This document shows, in pieces, positions 63,278 through 64,000 of a DNA stretch of 64,000 nt. The DNA is taken from positions 595,211 to 659,210 of the forward strand of contig CBDCSK010000015.1 in the NCBI GenBank assembly GCA_965221605.1, written 5' to 3'. The notes beneath the pieces were generated by a model. It was not told the DNA's origin, did not search any database, and was given only the letters and a program-made list of their open reading frames with translations. The position numbers were made by a program, and so were the translations under genes. Every line of letters begins with the position of its first letter. The stretch's first letter is position 1. This DNA is from Candidatus Aldehydirespirator sp. Its GTDB lineage: Bacteria > Actinomycetota > Acidimicrobiia > Acidimicrobiales > Aldehydirespiratoraceae.

Positions 63278-64000
63278 CTAGGCCCCGCGGTCGGCCAGTT
63301 CGCCCTCGACCCGCAGGTTGGGGATGATGCGGTCGAGCCAGCGGGGCAGCCACCAGTTGCGGGCCCCGAGCAGTTCCATGGTGGAGGGCACGATCAGCAT
63401 CCGCACCAGGGTGGCGTCGATGGCGATGGCGGTGGCCAGCCCGAGGCCGAAGAGCTTGATGACCCGGTTGTCCTCGAGCACGAAGCTGCCGAACACCACC
63501 ACCATGATGGCCGCGGCCGCGGTGATGACCCGGGCGGTGGCGGCCAGGCCGTCGGCCACGGAGTTGACCGCGTCGCCGGTGCGCTCGTACTCCTCCTTCA
63601 TGCGCGACAGCAGGAACACCTCGTAGTCCATCGACAGCCCGAACAGGATGGCGAACAGCATCATCGGGATGAACGGCTCGATCGGTGCAGGCTGGATCCC
63701 GGTCACGTCGGCCAGCCATCCCCACTGGAACACCGCCACCGCCACCCCGTAGGCCGCCCCGATCGACAGCATGTTCATGATCACCGCCTTGAGCGGCACC
63801 ACCAGCGAGCGGAACACCGCCATCAGCAGCAGGAACGACGCGCCCAGCACGGCCGCGAAGAAGACGGGGATGCGGCCGGCGAGGTAGTCGGAGATGTCGA
63901 TGTTGAAGGCCACCTGGCCCGCGACCAGAGCGTCGAGGTCGGTGCCGTCGAGGGCCCGGGGGATCACGTCGTCGCGCATCCGGTGCACCAGGTCCTCGGT
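63278..64000 (-). CDS. MMPL/RND-superfamily membrane transporter, C-terminal part (continues beyond the window)
   Basis: Pattern AILFGLSMDYEVFLLSRMKEEY...ATAIAIDATLVRMLIVPSTMELLGARNWWLP is typical of MMPL C-termini. The reading frame is open to the window edge. Confidence 0.8.
   Translation of the reverse strand, partial: TEDLVHRMRDDVIPRALDGTDLDALVAGQVAFNIDISDYLAGRIPVFFAAVLGASFLLLMAVFRSLVVPLKAVIMNMLSIGAAYGVAVAVFQWGWLADVTGIQPAPIEPFIPMMLFAILFGLSMDYEVFLLSRMKEEYERTGDAVNSVADGLAATARVITAAAAIMVVVFGSFVLEDNRVIKLFGLGLATAIAIDATLVRMLIVPSTMELLGARNWWLPRWLDRIIPNLRVEGELADRGA

Overview
High-GC (roughly 65-70%) actinobacterial-type chromosomal segment. Core genes include leuS, map, tag, ppx/gppA-like, a CDF transporter, an S41 peptidase and an aquaporin. 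There are also several metabolic operons: a corrinoid-dependent methyltransferase operon (1-3015, minus strand), a molybdopterin oxidoreductase-FeS-NrfD operon fused to a split TPP decarboxylase (18.3-23.8 kb), and an aminotransferase/ureohydrolase/PatB cluster (25.2-29.8 kb). These are interleaved with lower-GC accessory DNA, in four main blocks. (1) A tightly coupled five-gene minus-strand operon (7.6-12.0 kb) encodes a small RHH-like protein, a MazF-like protein, a sigma-r4/LuxR-HTH protein, an unknown protein and a DUF3696-type ABC/AAA ATPase. It is bracketed by ~220 bp diverged direct repeats and is my best candidate for an undescribed defence or abortive-infection module. (2) A PaREP1/HEPN-like cassette sits between 77-bp direct repeats next to relBE. 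(3) A ~22 kb defence island (39.6-61.9 kb) carries an NTase-HEPN fusion, vapBC, an IS982 inserted in a vapC pseudogene, RelE-like genes, two intact DUF4143 ATPase paralogs plus one decayed copy (a third intact paralog lies at 16.7 kb), and a complete type I-G (I-U, Csb/Dpsyc-like) CRISPR-Cas locus in the order csb1-csb2-cas3-small cas8u-cas4/cas1-cas2. (4) The CRISPR array is a hybrid of two different repeat families. The three intact DUF4143 ATPase genes are each preceded by AT-rich arrays of TGCA-core direct repeats phased at 23 bp. No tRNA, rRNA or integrase gene was recognised. All functional calls rest on motif and family recognition by eye from the translations, not on database searches.
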